DNA of 64,000 nucleotides. It comes from Camelus ferus (Eukaryota). Positions 14,651 through 28,149 of this stretch are shown in pieces. Every line of letters begins with the position of its first letter. Within the stretch, counting starts at the first letter, position 1. The notes under the pieces are model-generated. The model was not told the DNA's origin and made no database searches. It was given only the letters and a program-made list of their open reading frames with translations. Where the stretch lies: positions 94,366,001 through 94,430,000 of the forward strand of contig NC_045697.1 in NCBI RefSeq assembly GCF_009834535.1, written 5' to 3'. A program made the position numbers and the translations under genes.

Positions 14651-15959
14651 TAATATAAAATATACATAGCAAAATTTCTGTATTCTATGTGATAAAAAAG
14701 TAGGATTGATTTTATATAATTAGTAACTTTTATACAATTTTAATTTGATGTATTTACTTTTAGCTCATTTATTTCTTTAAACTTTAAAATGATCTTTCCT
14801 CATGAATTTTTAAATTTGAGATGTAATTATAGGAACAGACAACATGCTTTCAAAATGTTTTTCACACAAAAGATTAAAAACTCAATGTTGGTTTGTATGC
14901 CCATGTTTGTGTATTTTTGAAGTTTAAAAATAAAATCAGTGGTCCCTTAAGTCATTGGGGGAATTCAGATGAGCTGCATTAGGGAATTATAAATTAAAAG
15001 AAAATATTCTACTTAGCAAAAACTTTTAAAAGTAAATGGATCATTAAAATGATTATATGTACTTTTCCTACAAATTTGGGCAAAATTCACAAGTGCTAAG
15101 TAGCCTGCAATATCTTTTGATGTGATTTCTATTATATCATAAGCATTCAGTATATAATTTTGTTCTCTGGGTTTATTGTCATTTTTATATTGAAATAAAA
15201 TCATTTTACCTCGTTGTAATGCTAACTGCATTATAAAAATCCACGGTATTTTAAATAATTATTTCATTGTTGAAGTACTAGGGGTATTTTAAACTATGTT
15301 TTTGTTCTATTTAATATTATATACTTTGATTCTATTTCTCTTCAACCTGAGTTCAACAAATGATTGCTGTGAATTTTTTTTTATCAAAAAAAGAACATTC
15401 ATAGGAAAACAAAGTATCCCTCTTGTCCTAGTACTTCCTACAAACTTCATAGTCTCCTTATGGACCAGTTGTTCTAGAATCTATAAAATAAAATTCAATG
15501 GCAAAAGATCATTGAAAATTTGTTCTTACTAAATTCTTGGAACATTGTTAATTGTTTGGAAGTTATGCATGTTTTTACAGTAATAATAATGATGGAAGTT
15601 ACTAAATTATTCATTATTGCTGCATGATTGGTAAGGTATTGAGGGACATTAACTCATTTGATTTAAATTACAAGCATATTACTTGTTTTCTCTAATTATG
15701 TAGTTAAGTTTAGACCAGTTAAATGTTGAGGGCAGCATCACAGAATGAGGAGTGATTGAGTTAGGACTTAGATTAAATTTCTAGTAGAATTCTACAATTT
15801 TTTTTTAATGATAGAATCCTTCCAAAATATTTTCTTTTAAAAAAGCACTTGTTTTTATTCACACATACCATTGTTTTTGACTACTTGTGGACCATAGGTT
15901 GTCATACTTTATTTTGAAAAAGATAAATAGGAGTGGTTATTAGGAAAGAGATCATACTT

Positions 15960-16150
15960 TCAGAGTGCTTGGATTATGCCACATCACTGCTTCCAGCAAC
16001 CCCAGAGAAGAGGCATTATCATCTCTGAATAAATAGAATTTCCTTCAAGTGAGGCAGTTTATTCAAGGTCACCACTTTAGAAAACAACAAAACAAGGATT
16101 TGAATACAAACCTAAACATCCAAACTTATGTGTTCCTCTCCTGCAGCACC
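15960..16150 (-). mobile_element. MIR fragment
   Basis: attcaaggtcac...caaggatttgaatacaaacc core motifs. Confidence 0.55.
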
Positions 16151-16517
16151 TCTCTACATCAGGCTGTCACAGGGTTTTACTTTGAATTTTGCAGTAGTTA
16201 TTTATCTTCCTGTTAATCTCAGGAATTCTCTTAAGAGATATAGCCTTATATTAGGCCAATTAATTACGGTAATGGTATATGCTGCTTATTATAGTATATT
16301 CATAGATTACCACATCACACAAATGGTGTCAACTTAATAAACTTATCAAAAGATGTTATTCTTCAAATTTCTGGCATGTAGATAGCTCTTATTAAATCAA
16401 TAGCTGACTCTCTTAAGAGAAGCATATGTCCAAATTTTGTCTACACTAAATCTGGATGGGTGAATCACATTCTTCAACAAATCATATTTTCTTTCTCGTC
16501 TACATTTCCTTTTCCTC

Positions 16518-16737
16518 TTTTTTAAATTTATTTTTATTTTTTGGGGGGGCAGATAATTAGGTTAATTTATTTATTTATTTATTTGAGGGGGTAATTAGGT
16601 TTATTTATTTATTTATTTGAGGGGGTAATTAGGTTTATTTATTTATTTATTTCTTAATGGAGGTACTGGGGACTGAACCCAGAACCTCATGCATGCTAAT
16701 AAGCACATTCTCTACCACTGAGTTATACCCTCTACCC
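16518..16737 (-). mobile_element. tRNA-derived SINE, Vic-1-like (camelid), with expanded tail
   Basis: Minus strand reads ggtataactcagtggtagag (A box), gggttcagtcccc (B box), agtacctccattaag, then aataaacctaattacc tail units. Confidence 0.9.
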
Positions 16738-17879
16738 ACGTTACTATTTAAATATTTTAAATAATCAAAAGTATTTAAATTTAATAATTTAAGGAATTAT
16801 TATTTCCATTCTCGTTTTTACAACTGGAGGAACTCAATTTGTTTCAGACAGATACTCAAAGTATAACTTCTAAATAGCAGTCTCCTTTAAGAGAAAGTAC
16901 AGATTTTATAAAGCACTCAGTCATATGGAAGCACAAATGGAAAACATCTCTGCCCAAAATTAATTCAGTTGCATAACAGCCAATTTGTAACCAGGACAAT
17001 AAATAACTGCTGACACTAACTTCGGATGGGACATAATTCATCAGATAAAAACTAGAGGTCACGATGCATTTAAGACAGAGTTGAATTTTGTTGCAAAATA
17101 ATTTAGCTAGGACTTTTGAAGCAATTAATTCATTAAAAGCTGCCATTTGTCAGCCTAAACAAGACATTTCTCTTCCCTTCAAATAAGAAACAGACTATGC
17201 CCAACCTACTAGATTATCCAAGTATTTTTAAATTTGTAGTTTAAAAATTTAGTGAGATAGATAAAAAACTAATTACATCAAACACACTCTTAAAAAGGTT
17301 TCTAGGAGATATTTACTAATGACTTTCTTTAGCATAGGAATATTTCAAAATTTGAGTTAGGTACAAATATATAAGATGGACAGCCATCCTTACAGATAAC
17401 ATAGCTAATAAAGAAAAACTTGACAATCTAGGGTCTTAAGTAAATGTGTCCTTCAGGATGGCTCAATTTTAGAAAAGTGAAGGGTTAACATAAAATATAA
17501 CCATATAAACTTACATGGTTTTCTTTTAGCATAGGATATTTGCTATATTTTTCATCTCTTAATGTCTGGTGACTACAGGAATACAACAATTAATTATTGT
17601 ACTCCTTAGATGGTCCAAATATAGGCTGTCAGGTCTTAAAGACTATAGCATCATTCTAGTGTCTTCTACAATTTGACATCTTAAAACTTCATTGATTGCA
17701 ACCAAACTTCTGCTTTCTTATAAAATCAATAATAGTAATAATCAAAACCAAATTCAAGTGCAAAATATGACATTCCTTATTTGAATTTACTTTGAATTAT
17801 AAAAATTAATTACTTAGAGAAATTAAAATAGAGTAGAGCAGTTTTTCCTTTCAAAAGATATTTTCTTCTTACTATAGAT

Positions 17880-18368
17880 ATTAACAAATCTTTACTGACT
17901 TAGTGATTGATGTAAATGGTGGTATAGAACTGGGAATTAGACAGGCCACAGCTCTCTCGTTAGGGAACTTATGATCTTCTAATTCAGAAAAGAAGCACGC
18001 AAATTAAATGTCTGTACACTAGTGATAAATGTTATGAAGGGAGTAAAGAGGGAGACATGATGGTGACCAATGTGGTTGGAGGAGTGGAGTTTCTTTTCAA
18101 AGAGTGATCAAGCTTGAGAGATCTGAAGAGGTGATAGTTGAAGTGAGAGTCAGAAAGTGAAATCAGTCAACTTTCACAAAAATGAGAGAAAATAATTGGG
18201 TGCAGAAGTGTCATTCCAAAGATTCAGAAGAGAAATTGCTTGTATTATTCAAGGGAAACAAATAAGGCTAGTGTGGCTGGAGCAGAAAGTATAAGGGGAG
18301 AAGGCGTGCAAATGGAGATGGCGAGGTGGGGTAGGACTGATCAGACAGGGCCTTGCAGGCCACTATGG
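17880..18368 (-). mobile_element. L2 fragment
   Basis: aaggctagtgtggctggagcag and cagggccttgcaggccac are typical antisense L2 3' blocks. Confidence 0.8.
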
Positions 18369-18964
18369 TCCTCCGTTTGCATTGTTTTCTTCTCCAGGTT
18401 AACACCGAAATAGAATGTAAATGGTAGGATTCCTTCATTGTTGGCAAGAACTGATGCCATACTGAAAAATCCTAGAATCATAAGGATCTAAAGATGATCC
18501 TTCTCTGTACACACTGCCATTAACGTATCACAAGACAATGTTCTCAAGCTCTAATTAATACATGACCCTAAATAATGTAAAATGCAGTACAATGTGTGTC
18601 TTATAATTCAACATAATAATAAGATGCAGTAAAATGTACTTCTTAATATCATAATATGATTAAAACAACTGTGTAAGGGGTATGTCATGTATTTCCATTC
18701 TCAGAATATTGCTCAACTAGTAGAATGCTAAGTCCTAAATGACATACAGGGTGATATTTTAAATTAGGTACATTTTATTGAGGATAAGAAGTTTAAAAAC
18801 TCTATATTTTATGAGTATAGCAGGTTTGTTATTTTGTTTAGAATATGATATGAAAAAATTATTGTACTCAAGTTAAGATTGTATATTTACAAAGCAGTAA
18901 AAAATGAAAGCAAAAGATGTATCTGTGGTATTTTTGTAACTCTATATTGTCAAACAAGATTTTA

Positions 18965-19110
18965 TTACACAAGATCTAGGAGTTACTAGTGAATGGAGTT
19001 GTACATAAAATAAAATTTCCAATATAGTTGCTTAAGCATATAAAAATTTGTTTGTCTCATGTAAAATTAGTCCAAAGAAATGTAGTCCAACATTAGAACA
19101 ATAGTTCCAA
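18965..19110 (-). mobile_element. Possible old MLT1 (MaLR) LTR fragment
   Basis: tagttgcttaagcatata...tttgtctcatgtaaa..agtcc resembles the antisense MLT1 3' end. Confidence 0.35.
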
Positions 19111-20815
19111 TGCTATTATTTCTATAGCAATAAAATTAAAAATATAGGCTAGAAAAAGATAATAATACTTGACATAGTTCAGAAAGAACAGAGAAAAATA
19201 ATTCTCAGACTATTTGTTTCTTAACAGAACCTTCAGAAATGACCCTTATATTCACAAAATATTTAAATATATATATATTAACAAATGAATCTAAGAGAGT
19301 ATGGAAAAAAGCCTGTTATGGCCTCTTAGACACAAAATGGCATGTGAGTCTCAATGCAGCATAATTCATATTTGAAACTTTTTATTGAGGTCTATTGAGA
19401 TTATATTTGAATCTTTTAACAGCTACCAGAAGTTTCATGTAAAATACATTAAAATAGGTCATTGTTCCCTTATTAAATGTTATAAATACATATCGACTAG
19501 CCAGACCATCTGTGATTTTTAAATTTCTATTATTATACATTCCAAATACTTAATAAAGATCGATGTTCTTCTCCCAATTGTCTTTGTGAAAAACACTACA
19601 AACTGTAAAGTACACATGTTATTTAAAATATAAATATATTAAAATGCAAGACATGGAGTACTGCTGTTTTCTTGACTGTAGTGAGGAAATACAGAATTTC
19701 CTGTTTATTAGAAAGTGGTATATATTCTATTAAGTAGCTTACAGAATTAAACAATAAGAAAAACTAATTTAAGTATCAATTATTTATTGAAGAACAAGAA
19801 AAAGAAAACAGAAGCAACATTAAGTTTCTGAATATAGGTACTTTGCTATAATTTGAAAAAGTCTGTTTGATAGACTACATATACTTTCAAATGACCCTAA
19901 ATCAGTATAAAATGCTGAGTCATAAGCATGCAATTTCAGAACTTCAGTGTTGAAAAGACTCATAAAATGATGGAAATCAAAATGGTTGAGGTAATTTCAA
20001 GCAGAATAAGGTACTTCATTTTTTATCTACTTGCAACATATGGTTTTTAAGAACATAAAAACTTCTTGCCTAGTATGTTTCCTTTGTCAGCATTTGACTT
20101 AATACTAATATAGAAATATTTCTTCCCTTAACTTTTTCTCTTTGAATTAGCTGAAGGTACATCTTGAGCTCATTTGTTATTTTTATTTCGATCATATTCT
20201 ATCAGTACCTATTTTTCTTCCTCACCTGACATATTTTCACTGCCCTGCACCTTCCCAAAGAATGTCATGTCAGTGCTCTGAAGATAGGTCCTTTTGTCTC
20301 CTACAGAGCTGAGTCTCCCCTTTCTTAGAATTCCTTCATCTACCATAAAAATGGGCTGAAAAGATTGTGCTCTCATTTTAAATACAAAACTATTACCATC
20401 CTTTAGGAACTCCTGCCTCCCTTATTTCTTGATGCTTTTAGGTGTACTTATGAAAGGTTTCTTAACATTTTTTTTTCTTTTTTCAGCTTCCTTTGTGATT
20501 GAAGGTGGTAGTGAGCACTCTGTATATTAGTCTGAAGAGCCTTTCTTATCTGATGGTAAAAATTGGGCTTTTCATTGTGCTGAAGAAATCGATTGCCTCT
20601 GCCACATTTGAAAGAGCAGTGATGATAATATTGGTTTAAAGCTACAGACAGTTATAAAATTTTAGTGAAATTTTATAATTTTTTTTATTCTGCTTCATTT
20701 CCTGTAAGGGAAATAATTAAAGTGTTTTCTGTACTTTCACATCACTCTCAATTCTTTACTTTTATTTTCCTCCTCAGTTCATTTTTCTCCCATTTCATAA
20801 ATTTCAGGAGGCCAA

Positions 20816-20890
20816 CCAGAAATTGACACAACATTGTAAACTGACTATATTTCAATAAAAAAGAATGCAAAAAAAAAAAAAAGAAAAAAA
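20816..20890 (+). mobile_element. Extremely truncated L1 3' tail (~75 bp)
   Basis: ccagaaattgacacaacattgtaaactgactatatttcaataaa plus poly(A). TSD core aggaggccaa at 20806-20815 and 20894-20903. Confidence 0.9.
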
Positions 20891-21712
20891 GTTAGGAGGC
20901 CAAATGCAAACACATAATTATGTACTTATTGTATAGAATATTGAGAATAATGCTATGTTGAATATTCATCATTGTACCAGAGTGAAACTAAACAAAATGA
21001 CCATCACCAATTAAAAATCTACATGCATCTAAACTTTTACTTGATGACATATATTTAAGTGGAGATTTATGCAATTACACGACATATAAGTGAGTATGAG
21101 GTAATTTAAATGTAACAAAACTATTATAATCATATATATATATAACATACACATGCTTTTCAATATTTACTATTAAGCAGAAATTTTACTTTTAATAGTT
21201 ACAGTAATATTTTCAATTGATTGTATATTAACCCTTTTTCTTGAATTTTTATGAGATTACTGTTTTTCTTTGGTTCATATATAAGAGAACCTCAATTAAT
21301 TTACCATTTTATATTATTTTTCTCATTTTCTCCTTTTATAAATTGTCCCAATATATTTATATATATTTAAACTAAATTCTAAAACCTATACATTGTTTCT
21401 TCTAACAGCACAGTTCTTTATAGGAGGTCTCCAACAAGGTTGATGTTTTTCTTTCTTAGCTCTGTGCTTAAAGTTGGATTTGCTTCACAGATGTTTATCC
21501 AGCACCTGCTTCTTGTTAGTCACTAGGCTGAATACTCTGATATACTTAGAGTTGCTCAATAATATTTAGTGGACAAAACTGTCATTTAAACAACTTATTT
21601 ACTTAAATAACTGTACATTATTAAATAAGAATTAATTATTCGTGTTTTATGATAGTATTAATAGAAGCCCACCTTTTAAAAATAAGTTTAACTATAAAGT
21701 AACATAAAACAA

Positions 21713-21787
21713 TTCCATTGTATAATTTTAACTCCATAGTTGGGTTTCCATTCCATTGTATAATTTAACTCCATAGTTGGGTTTCCA
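21713..21787. repeat. Tandem duplication with 38/37-bp units
   Basis: ttccattgtataattt(t)aactccatagttgggtttcca twice. Confidence 0.97.
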
Positions 21788-21949
21788 AAATGTTCCTTTA
21801 CTAGAATCCTTTATTTTCTAAATTACTGATAGAAAAAAGATACAGAAAGAACTGCATGATTTTTTTACTTTGCCTTTGATTTTCCCCAATAACTTTCAAA
21901 CTAGACATGGTTGGTTCATTAATTTATTGAACACCATCAATATCAATAT

Positions 21950-22220
21950 GCAGGATTGCACAGTTAACTTAAGCTTAAACTCACTGTGTTTTAAATTCTT
22001 AATCTATGAAGTTGGGGAAGCAAAACTCCCAAATTCAGCTGAAATGCAAATTCTGAACTAATCACATTGTAGGAACTTAAGTGATCATTATTGAAATTGT
22101 ATTATTTTTATTATCAGAATAAATATTTCAAACTTAGAAAACTTAAATGATCTAAAATGCTTATAAGAATTTCTGGCAGATAGTGAGTAGCCAATGTAAT
22201 TTATTTATCTATTAGTAGAA
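21950..22220 (+). mobile_element. Broken MIR
   Basis: ttcttaatctatgaagttgggg core and atgcttataagaatttctggcagatagtgagt 3' part. Confidence 0.5.
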
Positions 22221-22254
22221 GTAGTAATACTATTTGTTTAATAGCACTGGAATT

Positions 22255-22700
22255 AATTTATGTTAGATTTCCTGAGTCATGTGCAAGTGATTAATTAAAA
22301 AAAAACTGTTCAGGAGAGAAAACTTATGAGAATGAGGACAGCATGAAAAGGAAGGGTAAGAAGTTAAGCAAGACTGTGGGTTCGGGTAAGTTTTAGGCTC
22401 AGCCTCATCCCTTGTGAGCTCTGGACCATAGAATGAACAGCAGAATTTAGTGAAATTTTATTTTTCCCCAGAGAAGCTGAGATTTTGTTGGCTAAACCTG
22501 TCAGCCATTAGCTAGAGATCACCCTGGTAGGATAAAATGTATAGGCAACTCATTACAGGTAGCTTGACTTACCCAACAGCAAGCCTTCAAAAAGGAGTTA
22601 GCTGTTAGTAGCAACACTCATAACAATTGTGGGATGAGCTCATTAAACTGGTAAATGTGTCCCTCGAGTTGCTGGGTTAGGTACCAACAGAGTATGCTTT
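22255..22700 (-). mobile_element. LTR16-like (ERVL) solo LTR
   Basis: Minus strand ctgttggtacctaacccag...catcccacaattgttatgagtgttgctactaacagct matches the recalled LTR16A/B 5' end. Confidence 0.65.
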
Positions 22701-22850
22701 GGGAACTTTTTGCCTCTTCCACCTACAAGTCTTTGAACAACTCAGTGTCTAAGTCTTGGTCTTCTTATTTTATCTTAATTTATTGTGCATTAATTAACAG
22801 TATATACATTGTGCTTTCTCAATATGTTGAATTGAAGAGAGGAGCGTAAA

Positions 22851-22906
22851 TAAAACATAAATAAATGCCATCAGCATAAGTAAAACATAAATAAATGCCA
22901 TTAGCA
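22851..22906. repeat. Tandem duplication, period 30
   Basis: taaaacataaataaatgccat(c/t)agca twice. Confidence 0.93.
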
Positions 22907-23584
22907 ATTAATGAGATAAATAAAGGAAGATATGGTATAATGTTCAAAAGCTTAGGGCAGGAACTCTTTTGGTGGTTCAAAAAGACAGACAATCTTCAGA
23001 AAAACGTGTGATCTCTGGTATTATATAAAGATGTGCTTCTAAATATGCATACATATTTTTTAGAAAATAATTATATTCTAAAAGGATTTTGTAACGTAAG
23101 ATTGGAGAATCTCTGATGTAGAGTTTGAAAATGGTTATGGCAATATTAGCATGGCACCATCCATGGTGAAGTCCTGGCCCCTCCACTTGGCTTAATTGTG
23201 ATTAACATTTGTCTCTAAGAGTAAGGGGGTATGATTGGCTAATTGCAAAATAACTTGACTGGAATATCTCTGGCACCACATTTTAAACCCTTGACCCTAA
23301 TGTTATAATTAAACTGTGCTACAATAGTTCAGAATTTAAAGTATGATTTCTCTTGGTTTCATATTATTTCCTCATGATTTCAGTATTATTCTTTGTGCTC
23401 AGATCTTACGCTTTAGCTGTCTAGATAAACATGATGTTATATCCGGACAGTAGAAAGATTAAATTAGAGGAACAGAGAGAAAAAAACCCATCATTTACAT
23501 ATTCCTAAATTAATGTCTAAAATTACTAGTCATTTCTAATTGTAATGAGCTTATTTACAATATTGAAAATGTTTTTCCAGTTTA

Positions 23585-23775
23585 AGAGGTAGTATAGCCT
23601 AGGAGTTAAGAGTAAGTTATTTAACTTCTTTTTGTATATTTGTTCATATGTATAATGCAATAACATTAATAATTTCTCTCATAAGCTTCTTGTGAAGTTA
23701 AAAGGAATTAGTAACTCCAAAGTATTCCAATAGAGCCTAGTACACAGGAGTATTCTGTAATTATTAGCTATTTAT
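23585..23775 (+). mobile_element. MIR with internal deletion
   Basis: gaggtagtatagcctaggagttaagag start, aagttatttaactt core and gcctagtacacagg..ttattagctatt end. Confidence 0.75.
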
Positions 23776-25665
23776 CATACAAAGATTCTCGATGAATACT
23801 ATTATGATGATCCCATTTAAAGAAAAATAATTTGATGAAAACAGAGCAGTCTAAAGATGGAAGATTATCTAAACCAACCCCTTTAATTTGTGGAATTGCT
23901 TACAAAAACCTTGGAGCATGAGCGGGATCTCATCAGTGTGGTATTCTGCACTTACTCACTCAGAGTGAAGCGACTACCTGAAAGGTGTTCATTAGCATCG
24001 TCATCTTCATTTAATTATCAGCAACAGAAATTAACAATTGCCTAAATAGTAGCATGGAACACTGCAGCTGTCCATCATTAGTAATGATGATACAATTCAT
24101 AATAAAGAGTGATTTTAGATTTGGGTACTAATTATAAAGGTGCTTGGTCATCTTGCAACAATTAGAGTTAAATATTCTGGAAATTAAACAATTGTTTTCT
24201 TCAAATGATACCTGAATTATTTGATTGTAATTGTACTTATCACTTACTAAAGACAATCAAGTGCTTTTCTGATACAATTTAGACTTGGCCTGGGTTCACT
24301 TAGAATATTCAAAAAATAAAAATAAAGAAAACTCACTAAAACTCAGCAAGAAAATGGCTTTTTTGTATTTTTTTAGACTTAGTATAAAATAAAAAAGAAG
24401 ATGAAGCTTTCTATTGAAATAAAGGCTTTAACTATGAACTCAGAATTGGTTTTGGAGAAGACTGTTTATAAAATTCGGGTGATTATTTTCATTCTGTTAA
24501 AGGAGATGAGTCTGTAAATTACAATTGTTCTTGATTACTACTGTATAATGTATAATGTAATTAAATATGCATATCTAATTAACTGTAGAGATAACGTTTA
24601 GTCTTCATAATTATATTTGTTTCAATATTGCTCTTTCTGATAAAAGGATAAGCACATCTAGAAGGAGTTTTAAAAAAGGGAAGGTCTCTTAACAGTTTTT
24701 TAAAATATTTGAATACAGTTTTTTGAGCTTTCCTTCTCATGAAGGTAAATAGTTATGTTTCTAAAATTTATTTTTATTAGCTATTGCTCCATATATCTTT
24801 ATCAACTCATAGCCTTATTACCTTTTTTTTAAAGTTTAGGACACCATTTTCCAGACAGTGACCTTAAAGCCTTTTGTAAAACTTCATGCTTTTCATTTCC
24901 TTGCTATTATCATTCTCTATAATCTCCGAACACGTCTGTCCCCTCCTTAATTTCTGAAGGAAGTCATCCAGATGAGACGCGATACTTGGGAAGCAACTCT
25001 TCCCTTAAGAATTAGCTATGTTGGCATCTCCAGAGCGTATTCCTCCAGGGCTGCTGAGTTCTATTACTCCTAAGGGCACCATTCACATTGTATTCTGGAA
25101 TTTGCCCTGGGAAAGCATTCATATAGAATGCAATGAAAGTGACACTCACTAAAGTTGTATAAGAAATATAAATTTATCTAAACCTTATTTATTCTTATCA
25201 CAATTCATGAATATCAGTTCATATTATAAAAATAATTCTGTTTTTCTAATTAACATATTAAAAAGACAGTATGAAATATGCAATATAGTCATGATTGTTA
25301 TCCAAAATAATTCATTAAAAACAAATCTATATCTGGATTTATATTTAGATATAACTCTAAATCTGTACTTTGGAAGTACTATAATATTCTAAAGCATAAA
25401 GATAAATATTCCTTTTATTGCCATTGTCCTACATTTACATAAAATGCTATGCTCATCTACAATTTCAGAATATTTTTATCAAAGCATTTATTTTTTCAAA
25501 CAAGTAGTTGATCTTCATTATATGTATTCTACTTTTAGTTTTTATAATACATTGAAAAATCCCTTTTCATTATTAAACTGCACTAAGAAAGAAACAATAA
25601 TTTTGAGGTTTTTAAAATAATACACACAGTAATTACTAGAGAATTGGATATACAATCTTTTGGGT

Positions 25666-26065
25666 GTAATAGAGCAGATCCCCCCACCCCTTCCCAAAAG
25701 GTAAAGTATTACCAGCCACACCTTGTGGACTCAGAATGAACCTTAACTTGGTGTTTGGCAGACATCTCAGAGACACCTGGCAAGCACCCAATACAGCATG
25801 TGGCTGAAAGGCCCATCCTCTAAAATTTCCCCTGTACTAAACCTGGGAATGTGGAAAAGGAGGGGAAATCTTGACATGGCAGGAGCAGCTAGGAGAGGGA
25901 GTTGAGACTTTGATTTGACTCAACGTTTGCTGAGATTCTTTTTAAATAGAAGCAACTGAGCAATCTTTAAACCTCAGGCTTAACCTGCAGAGTAAGGAGA
26001 CACACGGGCCCAAGAACAAGAAATGGTCAATAACAGACAAAGAGAAACTTGGGTTTTATCGCGCA
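25666..26065. mobile_element. Possible ancient LTR, unclassified
   Basis: GC-richer ~400-bp block starting tgtaat and ending ...gca within AT-rich flanks. No family recognised. Confidence 0.3.
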
Positions 26066-26174
26066 TATTAAGTCTAATGCACAGCTAATTCATATTGTTC
26101 TACATGTGTATTTGTTAACATGAGATTCCACAGCTTTGAGGCAGATCTAACCATACATATTTGGGAAGCAGATA

Positions 26175-26490
26175 TGTTAATTAAAAACAACATGCCATGT
26201 ACTGTTCTAGTCACTGAGGGTGAACTGAATAAAAACCAACAACATTCGTGCCTTTATGAAAATTGCACCTTAGTAGGGGAAGACAGATATTAACCAAGGA
26301 ATCACCATAATAAGTTCAATATTAAAAACAGGTAATTTTATTTTAAAAAGTGGGGGAGGGAGCAGAGAACTATAAAGTTTTTAACAAAAGGGCATGCCTT
26401 AACCTGGAAGGCTAGAGGAACTAGCCTTCCTCTAGGGACTACAAAGAACACTCCCGGACCTGTGACTTGTGACCTGAGCTCTGAAAGATG
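26175..26490 (-). mobile_element. L2 fragment
   Basis: atgccatgtactgttctag, tagtaggggaagacaga and gacctgagctctgaaagatg blocks. Confidence 0.7.
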
Positions 26491-26709
26491 TCCTGGCCTT
26501 TATTATGTGGTTTGGAGGGAAGAGAGGTCATCTCTTTGCTCTCTTACCTAGAAGAAAATTTAGAAATTCTCAGGGAAGGGAAAAAAGTTTCCAAATTCCT
26601 TGTTTATATCTTTCGGGTCTTAAAACTCTCTCTTTTCTACTTCATCATCTCTTTCTTGAGGAATACATGTCTATAATCTAGTTTGAATTGGGTAAAGAAA
26701 AGATGAGGA

Positions 26710-27200
26710 AAAGAATAATTAAAACTTTTGCCCTTCAAAATATACTCTTAAGAAAATAAAAAGGCAAGACACAAACTGTGAAAAAGTATTAGTGAAACAT
26801 AAATCTCAAAAAAGACTTGTATGCAAAACAGATTTTTAAAAATCTTAACTTAAAAAATATCCAGTTTTTAAAATGGATAAAATTATAAAATAGATTATTA
26901 ACTGAAAGATATATTAAACAACTATTTAAAAAGACTCTCAAAAATTATTAGTTACTAAGGAGATGCAAATTAGAACCACAATAACATACCACTATGCATT
27001 TATTAGAATGGCTAAAATTAAAGATTGATGAGGACAAATGACAATATGAAGCAACTTAAAATTTTATATATTGCTGTTAGTAATACAAAATGGTACAAAC
27101 ACTTTGGAAGTTAGTGTTTCAGTTCTTTTTTCTTTGATAAACATTTTCTTACCAAACAACCCAGAAGTTTGACATCTGCTTAAGGACATTTATTGGATAA
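26710..27200 (+). mobile_element. Old L1M ORF2 3' fragment
   Basis: aaaaggcaagacacaaactgtga, gatgcaaattagaaccacaata and aaatggtacaaacactttgga blocks. Confidence 0.85.
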
Positions 27201-28149
27201 AAAATAAATATATTTATAAAAATATGCAATAATGTACTTATAATAATAAATAATGATGAATTATATGTAGTTTCTAATTATTGAATTCTATTAATTGATT
27301 TTTGGACTCACTTATATGAACTTATCCTTATTTTTATATGAACTTTAACAACATTATAAAAATATATAAGTATAAAAGGAAAACTTTTGTAAGTGAATGC
27401 CATTGCTTCATTTACATAGCAATCTATAAATATTTAAAATACAATTATATTACAAATATTCCTTCCTACTTCAGTTATACTCTAGGTTGATGTACAGATA
27501 TAATAATGTGTGGCATTTAGATTATTGATTTTAATTAAAATATAGTAAATTTTAGAAATATTATCACTATCCTTAATGATAGCAATGACTTATTTTGTTT
27601 GCTTTTTAACATAAAAATATGAACAATTAAGTATAAAATAAAAACTTAAAGACTCCTACAAATCCCATAACATGGACTATCAAACTATCCTAGGCCATAT
27701 TGTCATTATTTTTCCTCCAAGATTTAATAGTCTTTGTGTAGGGTAATAGTTTTATTAATAGGATATAATAATGGCAAGTGTTTCAGGATCTTGGACACCA
27801 TGAAATATTAAACATAATGGTATTTGATAATTCTACATATAAAGTATTCCAATAGGCAGTTTGTGTTTTATAAATGAGCATGTTTATATATGTTGTGATT
27901 GGATATAGTAATACCAGTGAAAATCGTTAAATATGAGGAAAAAGAAAATTAGTATTGAAAAAAATTTCCTCTTTTTTATTAGATCATTCTCTCTTCAAGC
28001 CTAGAGATTTTTTTCACTACCATTATTATTATTTATATTTTAATTTCCATTTCTGATAACTGGGTGTATTATTTACACATTGAATCTTTTTCTCATTATG
28101 TGATTGATATGCTTATTATGTAAATTGCTGTCATCTTAAAAAATTAAAT

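Noticed and set aside
16567..16652. Regularly spaced ~34-bp repeats, superficially CRISPR-like
   Set aside because: No unique spacers, a mammalian context, and explained as the SINE tail.
20652..20678. 11-bp inverted repeat ttataaaattt/aaattttataa
   Set aside because: Pure A/T and plausible by chance in this composition.
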